DNA of 64,000 bases from assembly GCA_965153285.1 (NCBI GenBank), contig OZ229123.1, one strand, 5' to 3'. How positions within the stretch are numbered: the first letter of the stretch is position 1; every line of letters starts with the position of its first letter. Below the pieces are notes generated by a model that worked only from the letters and a program-made list of their open reading frames with translations, did not search any database and was not told the DNA's origin. The DNA comes from Podarcis tiliguerta (lineage: Eukaryota). The position numbers and the translations under genes are program-made. Positions 25,292-38,548 of this stretch are shown here, in pieces.

Positions 25292-26316
25292 CAGTGTTTT
25301 TCAACATTTTTTGGGCAAAGGCACACTTGTTTCATGAAAAAAAATCACGAGGCACACCACCATTAGAAAATGTTAAAAAATTTAACTCTGTGCCTATATT
25401 GACTATATATAAAGTAATTCTCTTGAATAGGAATCAAATAAACACAAAGAAAGTATTTTATAATTACTTTATTATGAAATAGTAAGTAAACAGAAATATG
25501 AAAAATTATAAAATACTTTATTCAGTGCGCAACCTGGGCCTGTTTGGCTGAACACAAAGCTGATATTCTGGCTGGAATCGAAGAAAGACACACACGTAGC
25601 TCTTTGTCAACAGCTCTCAGTCTCTCTCTGTATTTAGTTTTTATAGCAATCATGCTTGAAAAGCTCATCTCACACAGATATGTAGTGGAAAATGGGAGCA
25701 ATGTCAAAATAGCTTTGTTTGCCAGAAGGGGGAACTCCTTGGCAGTATCCAACCAAAAACTGTCCAAAGGTAGATCAGCAAATCTACCTTTTTGTCTCAG
25801 TTTTTTGTCTCAGTTCAGTTAGTTCTTCCTGCTCCTGTAAAGTCATGTCCTTTCCACCAACTGATGCTGAGCTATAAGGGTCCCTAACCCAGTCAAGGCA
25901 TTCAGTGGAGACTGAAGAGAAATAAAATGACAACTTCTCTGGTCCTCCTGGTGACTCGAGTCGCGATGTCTTCTTCTCTCCGCTGCTGCGCACACTGTGC
26001 TCGGGCGGGAAGGAAGTCGGAAGATGATGTCCTACTGTGATAGGTCCAGGCTGGAGTCTGGACCAATCACAGCCCGGACATCAGAAAAGTGGAGGGTGTC
26101 CCCCTGAGGAGCGCCAATCGGCGCCCCTGCTGGCCGAGGGTGGGGTCAAAAACCCCACCCCATACCCAGGACACAGTCCGGTGCCCGCCTAGTGGGCGAA
26201 AATTTGATTTGATTTGATTTTTTAAATCTTTCGAATTTTTCAATTTTTCCCACGGCACACCAGGCAACATCTCGCGGCACACTAGTGTGCCGCGGAACAG
26301 TGGTTGAAAAACACTG
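25292..26316 (-). mobile_element. Internally deleted hAT (Charlie/Buster-type) transposon, 1025 bp, inserted in a CR1 3' end
   Basis: TIR CAGTGTTTTTCAAC / GTTGAAAAACACTG; TSD GACTAGAT/GTCTAGAT; flanks rejoin into the CR1 tail TTGGACTAGATGACC. Confidence 0.9.
25522..25939 (-). pseudogene. hAT transposase C-terminal fragment (dimerisation-domain region), frameshifted
   Basis: WVRDPY...LQEQEEL in ORF 25784..25993; FW...EFPLLA..A...[14 protein letters not shown]...KTKYR.RL...QAQVAH in ORF 25522..25767; these are typical Buster/Charlie/ZBED-like motifs. Confidence 0.88.
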
Positions 26317-27819
26317 GTCTAGATGACCCCCCGAGTCCCTTCCAACTCAACAATTCTATGATTAATCTAGATAGGTTTACAGGACCTAGTAATCTGCCCC
26401 TTCAACATTAGACTTCTAGACTTGCAACTCAAAAGCTTGAAATGATACCGAAATGTAGTGATAAAACCTATTATCAAGCAGTAACAGTGATTTTAGCTAT
26501 ATAAAGGGAAAGATCTCAAGTGCATTATTGCTAGTCACCATACCTCCTCCCATTGATTAGCGCCAAATTCCCTGCAATATGGTGCATAGTTCTGGGCCAA
26601 CATTCCATTGCTGGCATAAAAAATAAAAATAACTGTGTCAAAGAGGTATGGTTGGAGTAGCAAAATGCTGGCTTTTAACTTTGCACCATTTTCTTGACAA
26701 TTGGGCTCATCTGCTCATTCACATTCATCCTAATTATGTTTTTCCAGCCTCCCTACTTCCCAAAGTAAGAGATCATTAGCTCCCAAGGACTTTTGAGATA
26801 TAGCTTGACATTCAAGTTCCTGTTAGGAGCTGAAGCCCCATGTGGCAGCATGATGCAAAATGCAGACAAGCCATGGGCCAGTTTTCAACAAAGAGCCTGA
26901 ACTGGGGCAGAACTAAAGCAGCTCAGCTGTCACGTTGCACTGCAATGGCCAACGGGCTGCAAGCGCTTCTTTCTGCCTCATGCTTAACGAGCCTGCCAGC
27001 TCTGGAGCTGGCAGCCTGAGAAGGAGCTGCATTGTTGGATGATGCATTGCCTCTTGCCGCAGGAATATTATTATTTCTGCTTCTCTACTCTCCCATTAAA
27101 AGACAGTTGCTTCTCTGCTGCGGACTGCAAAAAGACTCTGGCCTTTTCTACGCTCAGTGCAAGAAAAGACTCCTAAATGCCTTTCACCTAACACTTGGCT
27201 GTCTTTTTGGGCCTCTCGTTCTTACTGCAAATGTAGCTCGGGAAGCCATTTGATTTGGAGTTTTGAGAACCTGAGTCAAATTTCACAGCACACTGAAAGT
27301 CTACATGCTTCAAGTACTGTGCTTACCATAAGCTTCTCCTTCTCACTGTAGGCTTCTCTGTTTAATTTACAAGTGTCCTAGACACTTCATAGCTACCCAA
27401 CTCTTTATATTCCTCCTATTGCTTCCAGCAGTTTCAATATGCTCATGAAACACCATCTTTTAGTCCTTTTTCCATCTCTGTTCCTTGGAAATGAATTTTC
27501 TCCCTTAATATTCACACTTCTCCCATCTACAAGCTTTCAAAAAAGTTCTCAAAACCCAACTACTCTCTTATGCTTTTCCCAATTCATTTCACACCTCTCC
27601 CATCTACATACATTTAACTACACATCTGTATGGGGCTGACATTTCATTTCTTGGTTTTAATTTTTACTTCCCTTCTGTCCTTACTTTTTTATGTACCCCA
27701 ACTGCTTAGACAGTGAGGGCGCAAAGAAATATGATGTCCATTTATAGTTGTTTCACTACACAGTCTAGATATTTAGGTGCCTGATAAACATTAATTTGCA
27801 AGAATGCAATCACCGTTCA

Positions 27820-28050
<231 letters not shown>

Positions 28051-28349
28051 TCATGAAAAATCCTACCCAAGCCTTCTAAAGATACCTGATACTTGAAAGT
28101 GCGCCACCTTGTTTCAGCCTGTCTGTGCATTAAGTCAGAGGAGAATGATCCAACAAAAATAAATATTTTGAGTATACTGGACTCCACGTATGTATAGGAA
28201 GTAGTTGTTCAATAGAGATAGATATTAGCAAGTGTATTGTTGCAAATGCCTTATTGAAGCGTGTGGTGTGAGTTTCTTCAGTGATAATATTCTTTTTTGG
28301 TCTGAAGTTGTTATACACATCAATTTTGTACTGGTGAAATCCCTGATAT

Positions 28350-28620
28350 TTGCAGATGTTCATGTACTTTCAAATTATATTCCTGTAGCACAGGGATTAG
28401 TGGAAGGACAAAAATGGACTTTCTGAGCCCTTATGGTTGCTAAGAGACTTATACTTCAAGCCTGGAAGGATAAATATCCACTATCTATTATGAAATGGTT
28501 TGAGGACCTCACTGCCATGGTTATGTATGAACATATTTCATATAGATGTCTAGTTCCTGTTCATACATCTATTAGGACATCTGGAAGGCATGTATTAATG
28601 TATATGTTTAGCTTAAGATC
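28350..28620 (+). mobile_element. Degenerate L1-clade LINE ORF2 C-terminal fragment
   Basis: Peptide AKRLILQAWKD..PLSI.KW resembles L1-clade ORF2 ends; similar decayed pieces at about 36500-36900 and 58930-59300; boundaries approximate. Confidence 0.45.
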
Positions 28621-31220
28621 CATGCACTGATGGTTACTGTATGTGAAGTGATGGTGTTTTTAATTACTATTAGTACTATTCATACATTATTATTACTTTA
28701 ATAATAATTGCACAGAAATGAATTGTTTTAATTAGTTTTTAAACAAGATATGATCCCAATGGGATGCATATCCTCTGTATCAATAACTGAACAAGATCCC
28801 ACATTAAGTTCTTGAAGTGAGGTAGGGAGAACATTGCTTCATGTTGGTATAGGCAAAAACCCAATCCCAAGAACACAAACAATGCACATCTGTCATGAGG
28901 ATCTTGTTGGAGGGACATTTCAAAAAATTATTGTGTGTACCTTCATACAAGAAACCAGGTACTTCCGACATCCCAATAGCATATCTCATTAATATACTGT
29001 TTTCAAAGCTGTGCTTTCGTAGTTACCATTGGCATTCTTAGCTAGCGCCTGTGTACATCTTAAGGACATAAATGTGCAAAGTGGTCTTTCCTTGCCAAAT
29101 TCTGAATGCCAGTGTAACTCAAGCTTTCCTAGTACAATACAATTCCAAAGATAAACATGTGTTTGTTTTACCTGACCATCACAGGTCTCTGTGTTTAGAA
29201 TCAATCACTTTAGAGTGATCGTTGATTTCCCACCTGTCAGGCTGAATAAAACTAACTACCTTAGAGCTATTAAAGCATTACTGCAATGTCACATAGTTGT
29301 GCAGGATCTTCTTCTTCCTACAGAGCTTTCCTTAAGAAAACATTTCCTGGGCTCCACAAAAAATGAGAGCATGAGACAAGAAATGTCTGCACCTTCATCT
29401 CAGGAAAGGAGGAGAACTTACTGTATTATAGGGAAGGACACCCAGCTTATAGTTTTCTCACATGCATGAAGACTACAAAGCATCATGCTTCAAGAATGAG
29501 ACTACAGAGTCTCTACAGACAAGACACGTTTCTGTGTTTACAACAAAGCATGCTAAGACTTTCCAGTGTGACAGTCCCAACTTGAGTTCATCATATTTCA
29601 TTAGCCTCAACAGATGCCAAGACAGTTGCACACAAAGCTTTCTTCAAACTGTACTAGTGTGATGGCTTACCCAGAAGGCTATGATGAACACTATGCAACT
29701 CTAGGGTCACAAATGATTTAAAGCAGAAGTGGCAATGTACTCAAGGAAATTAGTTCAAAGAGATCATAGTGAAGAGCGAAGGTCAGTATGTGAACAGGAA
29801 AGAGAGAACAACATGCCCAAATGTGGATTTTCTGGAGTTTGGTGCATTCTGCCAAGTGACTCAAAAAGAAGGAAGCGGAGAATATGAGGAGTGGAGAAGT
29901 CAAGCACTGGTTCCATGTTCTTGAAAGGAAGGCTTTTAAGTTAGACTGTTAAGATCCCTGCTTAGCCATGAAGCTCACTAGGAACCTTAAGCCAGCCATT
30001 CCCTGTATCAGGCAAGGATAAATCATAAGGATATATTATAATGTGGCCTCAGGATGGAACATGAAAGAAATATGAACCCTCTAGGTTGACACCAGCTGCA
30101 CATTAGCAATTTCCAGCAAGTTGGCTGCAAGATTTACATGCCAACGATATTACTTAATACAACATAGTTAATTCTGTCTTCAAAGGTGCTGCTTGGCATT
30201 AGCAAGGAACAGTATGCATTTATCTTCACAATTCAGAGACAAAAAGTGAAAGAAGCAACGCCTTCTTTCAAATTTTGCTATCTCTACTACATAGACGGTA
30301 AATATATTTGGCAGTCATTAATGAAGAAAATGTGCAGCTCACCCTTTCACGTATCACTACAACATTGTTCCAATAAGGCTACGTGTTCAGCTCTGTGGCT
30401 GCTACTTCTCAGCATCTACCTCTTTTGCCAGATATATGCTTTTTTTATCCAGCATAAGAAAAGTGTACAGTATCCATATAGATCAATTTACATAACCACC
30501 TGACAGAAGGCAACTGAGACCTACAGCGGGTTATACCTGCAACTACCATTTTCTTTAATGTACATCTTTTCAAGTTTTGCCAAGGGTGCCTAAAGCACAC
30601 AGAGAGATGCTTTTTAAAGCACAAATGAATCCAAATTAAACAGAGGCATGCTATCCTGTTTGCTAAGGGAATACGTTTTGCCACAAAATTACCGCCTTAA
30701 TATGAAAAACAAGTATAAAAAGATTCAACACACTACCCCACAGTACATGAATAGGGTTGTGGTTTTTCTAAAAAGCAAAATACAGGTAGAAAGAAAGTCT
30801 GGTCCACATTATACTTTTGAGGTATTTGGTACTGAAAAACCCACAGAACACTATGCATCAAAATACACTGACAGAGCAGTCATAGAAATATTTAGAAAAT
30901 TTTTGAGTCAGTACTTTTATTCTGTTGGCACCATGCTTCATGTTGAACGCTATCACCCCAAATGTCCTAAAACATCCAAGAAACATGACAGACAACCAGT
31001 CAGGGGCTTAGCACTGTAAGTATTGGATATTCAGCAAATTAATGTAGGAGATTTAGCACAATTGGAGGGTACTGGCAGTCAAAGTAATCTCTTCAAAGTA
31101 ATGTGATGTGATGAATAAAAATCACCCAGAGTAAAGTTTAACTTGAAAGAGACAGCCTGTACTTGTTATGGGAAGCTTCAGAAGATAAGAGGCTACACAG
31201 CAACTTAATTCATATACTTA

Positions 31221-31355
<135 letters not shown>

Positions 31356-32825
31356 TCACAACCCTGGCAGAGATATCCAAAATAGTTATTTGGTTCTGCG
31401 TCAATGAACACTCTTATCCATGGCGGTTGACTAAAAAAATCTCTTATTAGGAAAATAGATGAAATTTGCTGCAAAGCAAGGAGAGAATTCTCCAGTGTAA
31501 ATTCACCCTCAAGTCAATCCCCTGTTCCTATTTCTTGTCTGGGAAGCAAATGAAGCATAGACTCACTCTCAATACATAGGAGTCTTATGAATTGGTGGAG
31601 GTAAAAGGATGCAAAGGAGCTCCAATTTTCTTAAGTGATCCTTTTAAAGGGGTTGCCAAGTCTCTCTCTCAAAGATTATTTGACTCCAAGACAAACAATG
31701 ATGTTACTAGCAAAGAAAAAATGTGCAAGTGTGCAGATATATACTACATATGCACACAAACGCACACACAGTATCCTTTTGCAATCTGAGCGGCTACATT
31801 CTTTACAAGGAAATACAAGCTCCCCTGCCCCCCCCCCCCGGTAATGGACACACACACAAAAGCCTTTTCTAGGGTGCATAGTTTTGATGTAAATCTAAAC
31901 CTTTAAGGAACCATTCCTTTTCAGCCCACCAACTTCCTTTCACCTATTCTGACCCGGCCCATAATCCACTGGGGAATAAGGAACTATGGATGTTCATTAC
32001 GAGTTAGGTGAGGTGTACCATTTAGAGAGTTGTGGACCACAAATTCCTCCTCCAGCCCTGCAGCACATTGCAGTAGTCAAGCTTGGAAAGTGCCAGGAGA
32101 TGTATACCTAGGTCAAGACTCTTGTGCCAAATTATGCAAGGAAAGAGTTTTATGTTACGTCTTCCCCTTCCAAAAGCTGGTTTTGAAAAGTGTGTTATGC
32201 TGGGTCTGTTCACATCATCATTCATTTTTTTCCGGACAAACTAGTCTTATTTTATTCATTTATTGCATTTTTACATCATTTTTATTTTGGCTTTCCACCA
32301 AGGAGGTCTGGCAGCATTCTGTTCCCTTCCCATTTTATCCTCCCAACAAACCTGGGTCCATTTTATAACAAACTGATGAAATTTGCACCTATTCTGCTAA
32401 TACAGTGAACGGAGCATGATTATTCTTTGGATTTCATACTTCTCTAAATTCTGTGATACAAATTTGGTAATTTATTGTTTACCAAAATGCAAAACAAAAG
32501 TAGTATTTAAATACTTTTTGGGGATAAAATATGTACTTTAACTATGCATTTCAATCTGTATTTAGAAATACAACTGATTCATACGCCTTTTGAAATCTCA
32601 GATCAATGCAGAAATGAGAGAGAATAGAACAGAAATAGGATTATCCATGCATTTATTGTTGTGTGTAAGGTTGCGCTTAAACTACTCAGAAATTTAAAGT
32701 TGTTCGTTCAAAATATGGTGATGAGATTACTGAATGTCACCATCTGCTTAGAGAATTCTCATTGTTATTTTAAAAAACAGGTGCTGGTGCTGATCCACAT
32801 CCACAAAGCCCTATACTGCTTAATA

Positions 32826-32960
32826 CAGGCTTCCTCAACCTTGGCCCTCCAGATGTTTTGAGACCACAATTCCCATCATCCCGGTCCACTGGTCCTGCTA
32901 GCTAGGGATCATGGGAGTTGTAGGCCAAAACATCTGGAGGGCCGAGGTTGAGGAAGTCTG
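32826..32960. mobile_element. Palindromic hAT MITE, 135 bp
   Basis: Near-perfect hairpin CAGGCTTCCTCAACCTTGGCCCTCCAGATGTTTTG / CAAAACATCTGGAGGGCCGAGGTTGAGGAAGTCTG; perfect 8-bp TSD GCTTAATA; older relatives at about 14940, 16957, 22108 and 48225. Confidence 0.9.
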
Positions 32961-34202
32961 GCTTAATACCACCTGCTCCCAAAGTACCTGCCTATTTATT
33001 AAGCTATACTGTACCTCAGATGCCCTGCTCCAGGTGCTATTGCGTCCTGACTGCAGTGGGTGATAACCAGAGACAGGGTCCTTTGAGTGGTAGTTTTGAA
33101 GAGCTCTCCCTAAGTTTGTCTTTGTGACACATGGTGAAAACTTTTTATTCTGCGGTTTTAAGTACATGGTGTGTTTTTTCATTTTTGGTTTTGGTTTCTT
33201 GTTTCTTGTTGCTTGTATGTCTGGTTTCAGCTGCTGTTTTCAATGGTGCTGTGATTTTAATTTTGGTATTAATCATTGCATTTTAAATTGTTTTGTTTCG
33301 GATGCTGCCTTGGAAACTTTGGCTGAAAGGCGGACTAGAAATCTTTCAAATGAATTGATAAGAACAAGAGTCATTTCTGAGACCTGTAGAATAACCCTAA
33401 TTTCTTTTCCACTGAGAATCAGAGAATCTTAGAGTTGGAAGGGACCCCAGTGGTCATCTGGTCTAACCCCTTGCAATGTTGAAGACTTTTCAGGAACCAG
33501 TCCTCTTGCAGCTTAGAAGCTTGCGTAACATACACACAAAAATCAATGCACTTGTTGCATTACTCCTTGCTACTTTTCATCCTGAACTTCTCAAAAAGAC
33601 TAAAAGCAATACCAAGCCAAACCACAAAAGATTTTCTAAATGCTTAGTAGTTGCTCCTGTAAGTGGGTCTGCCCACCCTCTGTTGCCATTAAGTTTTAAG
33701 CATCAGATAACATAATAAATATTGCAAAATGTTCTTTGCCAAACACATTCTTTCTGAGCTTCACAGATTAAGGAAGCTGCCCGTCTGAAGCTACAAAGAA
33801 AGTTTTCATGTGGCTTTAAGCACTGTAGCTTGTCTAAAACATTTCCACTTTCTTCCTACCAGAGTACAAGATCAAAGCCTTTCTATTAGAACTGACCAAA
33901 TGGTAAGAGTCCTGAACAAACCCCAATTCAAGAAATCACCTCCCCCCTTTTAACCTCAAGGCACTGGCATATGCATTCCACATGGCTGAAGATGGAACAA
34001 AAGGTCTTATGTGCCTGCACTGATGTTCATTAACCCTACAGTGAAAGGAAGCAGGGAAAAGAGGGGACAATAAACCCCTCTGTCTACCACACTTAGAAGA
34101 ACGAGACCCAGTTGTTTAACGCTATGGGCAAGCAAATCCTCAATAAATGTCTGTGCGCGCACACACACACACATATAAGATTTCAGTTATAATAGGTAAC
34201 TA

Positions 34203-34805
34203 AAAAGGTAAAGGACCCCTGACAGTCAAGTCCAGTCGCAGACGACTCTGGGGTTGTGGTGCTCATCTCGCTTTACAGGCCAAGGGAGCTGACATTTGTC
34301 CGCAGACAGTTTTTCTGGGTCATGTGGCCAGCATGACTAAGCTGCTTCTGGCAAAACCAGAGCAGTGCACGGAAACGCTGTTTACCTTCCCACTGGAGCG
34401 GTACCTATTTATCTTCAGTGGTACCTCGGGTTACATACGCTTCAGGTTACATATGCTTCAAGTTACACACTCCGCTAACCCAGAAATAGTACCTCGGGTT
34501 AAGAACTTTGCTTCAGGATGAGAACAGAAATCGCGTGGCGGCAGCGGGAGGCCCCATTAGCTAAAGTGGTGCTTCAGGTTAAGAACAGTTTCAGGTTAAG
34601 AATGGACCTCCAGAACGAATTAAGTACTTAACCTGAGGTACCACTGTACTTGCACTTTTTGGTGTGCTTTCAAATTGCTAGGTTGGCAGGAACTGGGACC
34701 GAGCAACGGAAGCTCACCCCGTTGCGGGGATTCGAACCACCAACCTTCCGATCGGCAAGCCCAAGAGGCTCAGTGGTTTAGACCACAGCGCCACCCGCGT
34801 CCCCC
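34203..34805 (-). mobile_element. Sauria SINE interrupted by a MITE
   Basis: 12-bp TSD AATAGGTAACTA (34191-34202 / 34806-34817). Confidence 0.92.
34416..34646. mobile_element. Tc1/mariner-pogo MITE, family A, nested in the SINE
   Basis: Inserted at the TA of SINE motif TATC-TA-CTTGCAC; left TA mutated to TT. Confidence 0.9.
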
Positions 34806-37033
34806 AATAGGTAACTACTACTGTACTTATACACTGGCTTGCAATATAAAATACTAAAATACAATAAAAAGAAAATATCGAGCAAATATAACCATATAAT
34901 AAAACAGCAGAGCTAACACATTACATAGGAGTCTACAGCTTCTGGAAGGCCTTGCTGACTAAAGCCCAAAATCATATTTGCCAACTCACCTCCTCTCCAG
35001 CCCACCTCCCATGGATGGGATCTAAAATGGTTAAGTGATTAATGTTTTCTCAGACAATGGCCTTGTCCACATGATACTTTAAACCATGGTTTAAGCTAAA
35101 CTATGGTTTAAAACAAATGAGCAATGCGTTAGTGCACGATAAGTCCCTGAAGTGCTCCTCCCCACTTCTTCTTCTGTAGGCTGGAGAGGAAAGAAACCAG
35201 AGCTGGCTAACCATTACATGTGAACTGGCACTTACGGTTTGTTCCCTAACAAACAATAATGGTAAGCCATTCTCCCACCCCCTTGGCTTACAATCAGAGT
35301 TTATTGGAGGAAAACGGGAGTTTATTGGAGGAAAACAAAGCCTCTGCTTTGTTTCCTCCCCAGTGGGCTGAAGAAAGGATTGGGGGAGAGCAAGTGGGCC
35401 TTTTGAGTAGCATGTATAGTTTGATCCAGTTTGCATGTTACGTTAAATTACAGTTTCAATATGGTATCTGCAAAATACTGTGGGGCACCAACTGTGGCTG
35501 AAGACCAAAAACTGTTTTTAAAGGTGTTGAAAGTGACTTCACATCCCACAGTGTATATGCATAGACCCACATTCTGTCTCTCTCGTCCCACTGCCATCTC
35601 TGTTCAAACAAAGAGAAGTTGTTTACCAGATGAAGAAAGTATGACAACTACATATACCGTGGGCATATATCTTACTCTCAAACTGCCTTCATTTACCACC
35701 TGCCTCCAGTTTATTACCAGCTGATGTATTTTCAACATGGGTACATTAACATGCAAAGGTCTATTCAGAATTAAAACAGGCTTGTCAAATACAGACTCAT
35801 TATATAGCTATTTCTAAAGACATTTCTATATATCAAGAGATGCTATCAACAGTTAAACTAATAAATGGAGTGGTTGTAACGTATAATTTTGCCAGTCTAA
35901 ATAGATGAATTCATTTATTCAACTCAATCAGAACATTATTACAAATCCAGAAACCACTAAAACCTAATTTTATAGCATCTTTTTTTCCTTGTTAGTATGT
36001 GGGTTGTTTTTTTTAATGTATTCAGTAGACATAATTGCAACCAACCTGTGGAACATGAAATCTAGGACGGCAAACATGCACTAAGACAACTTTTGTGTGT
36101 ATCTGTGACCATTTAAACCAAACTATGGCTAAAGCCCTCTGTAAAGAAATCTCTCCTACAAAGCAGCAAAAAAGGAAGGCTTTCATAGACTTCATACACC
36201 AGACTAGACAGCATTTTACATATGCATATCCCTTAAACCTAAGGCCACAGTCTGTAATTATTTTCTGACATAACTAGTCTCTTCAGAGAAAGCTCAAGGC
36301 TTCAGTAGTCATTCAAAAATTTAAAAATGGGGCTTTCCAGGACAGGATTTTTAAAGGACATCTTAATGATGCCTCTGTCACTGCAATACATGAGTGTGGT
36401 TTTTTAACAGGTACAAAATCATACTCCTGTTTTCCATGGAAAGAAAATAATTTCAATCACAACAACAATTAAGTTTCAGTCACCTCAACTACGCAAGAGG
36501 ACTCAAGTTGGAACACTATAGATTAATGTTGTTGCAAACAGGGATTTAGGAATATTCATAGAACAAAAGAAAGTAAATATTGGAACAATGATGTTATCCT
36601 TGATTGAAAAAGTGGCATTCTTGGCCAGTTGATTAAATAATTTGGTATATCTCCTCATTTTATATATTTAATAGTAACAACAACAACAACAAAAATAGTT
36701 GTATTTCTTACCCTCCCTTCACAAATCACCCCTAAGAAAGTAAAATAACCCAGTGAAGACTGGATGGGAACTATTAACTTTGGCTAAGCCAACAGTTCAT
36801 CAAAGCTCAGCTTGAAGGCCTACGGTCAATTATGCATCAGATGCCCTTGGAGTTTCGAATACAAAAGAATGGGAATTTTAACCTGGCATGATAAATAATT
36901 AGTGTACAACTTAGAGGATGTATTTATCTTTCCCTGTCTTTTCTGATTTTCCTTTATCACAATATTAATCTATTACTGTATGTACTGTTATGTAATGTTA
37001 TTTACATAATTTAGTTTTAAAACAGAAAGATAC

Positions 37034-37730
37034 CATAACAGGAGCCTGCTGGAACAGATCAGCGGCCCATTTAGCACAGCATCCAGCTCTCACAGTGGCC
37101 CACTAGATGTCTATGGGAAGCCCGAAAACAGAACCTGAGTACAGCACTACTCTCCCTTCCTTAGATTTCCAGCAACTGGAACTCAGAAGCACACTGCTTC
37201 AGACAGTGGTGGTAAAAACGTAAAGGTAAAGGACCCCTGACAGTTAAGTCCAGTCACAGACGACTCTGGGGTTGCGGTGCTCATCTTGCTTTACTGGCCG
37301 AGGGAGCTGGCGTTTGTCCACAGACAGTTTTTCTGGGTCATATGGCCAGCATGACTAAGCCACTTCTGGCGAAACCAGAGCAGCACATGGAAACACCGTT
37401 TGCCTTCCCGCCGGAGCGGTACCTATTTATCTACTTGCACTTTGACGTGCTTTTGAACGGCTAAGTGGGCAGGAGTTGGAACTGAGCAATGGGAGCTCAC
37501 CCCGTTGCAGGGATTTGAACCTCCGACCTTCCGATCGGCAAGCCCGAGGCTCAGTGGTTTAGACCACAGCGCCACCCGCGTCCCCCCCAACAGTGCTGGT
37601 AGAACATAGCAATTGTGGCTAGTAGCCATTGACAGCCTTATCCTTCGTGAATTTGTTTAACCCTTTTTGAAAGCCATCTAGGTTGGTGGCCATCACTAGA
37701 TCTTGTGGAAGCAAATTCCATAGCTTAATG
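37034..37730 (-). mobile_element. CR1-like LINE 3' fragment interrupted by a Sauria SINE
   Basis: CATAACAGGAGCCTGCTGGA...CACAGTGGCC and AAAGCCATCTAGGTTGGTGGCCATCAC motifs; boundaries approximate. Confidence 0.6.
37215..37587 (-). mobile_element. Sauria SINE, full length
   Basis: TSD ACAGTG(G/C)TGGTA (37203-37214 / 37590-37601). Confidence 0.92.
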
Positions 37731-37758
37731 AGGGGGGCGGGAGAGAAAGACAGAATCA

Positions 37759-38004
<246 letters not shown>

Positions 38005-38299
38005 TTATTGCATTGTAGGCCACAATATTTAAAGAGCAGCTTAACAGGAGTGCTATTGAAAAGGAGAAAAGAATCTATGTATTTTATACATTGCGGCATC
38101 CACTGTCACACCACACCATTCCCAAGGCTTGTTATGGCTACCCAAGATACAAGTGAACACCATACAGGTTATCTCCAACTAGCTGGGTCGCAACTTGTGC
38201 AGGACTAACCTATACTATGAAGACTATGGCAGGCTCTGAACAATTTCACAGCATCTGCTAAGCTCTCTTATTTATGACATACCATCAATCAGGTTACTG

Positions 38300-38548
38300 G
38301 AAGAAGAAGAGTTTAGATTTGATATCCCGCTTTATCACTACCCGAAGGAGTCTCAAAGCGGCTAACATTCTCCTTTCCCTTCCTCCCCCACAACAAACAC
38401 TCTGTGAGGTGAGTGGGGCTGAGAGACTTCAGAGAAGTGTGACTGGCCCAAGGTCACCCAGCAGCTGCAGGTGGAGGAGCGGAGACGTGAACCCGGTTCC
38501 CCAGATTACAAATCTATCGCTCTTAACCACTACACCACAGTGGCTCTC
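38300..38548 (-). mobile_element. Squam3-type (MIR/CORE-related) SINE with (CTT)n tail
   Basis: Minus-strand head GAGAGCCACTGTGGTGTAGTGGTTAAGAGC, CORE-like GGGTGACCTTGGGC; near-identical to the 61769 copy; family name from memory. Confidence 0.85.

Noticed and set aside
24973-25482. 169-aa plus-strand ORF
   Set aside because: Runs across unique, CR1 and hAT sequence boundaries; chimeric chance ORF antisense to LRRC28
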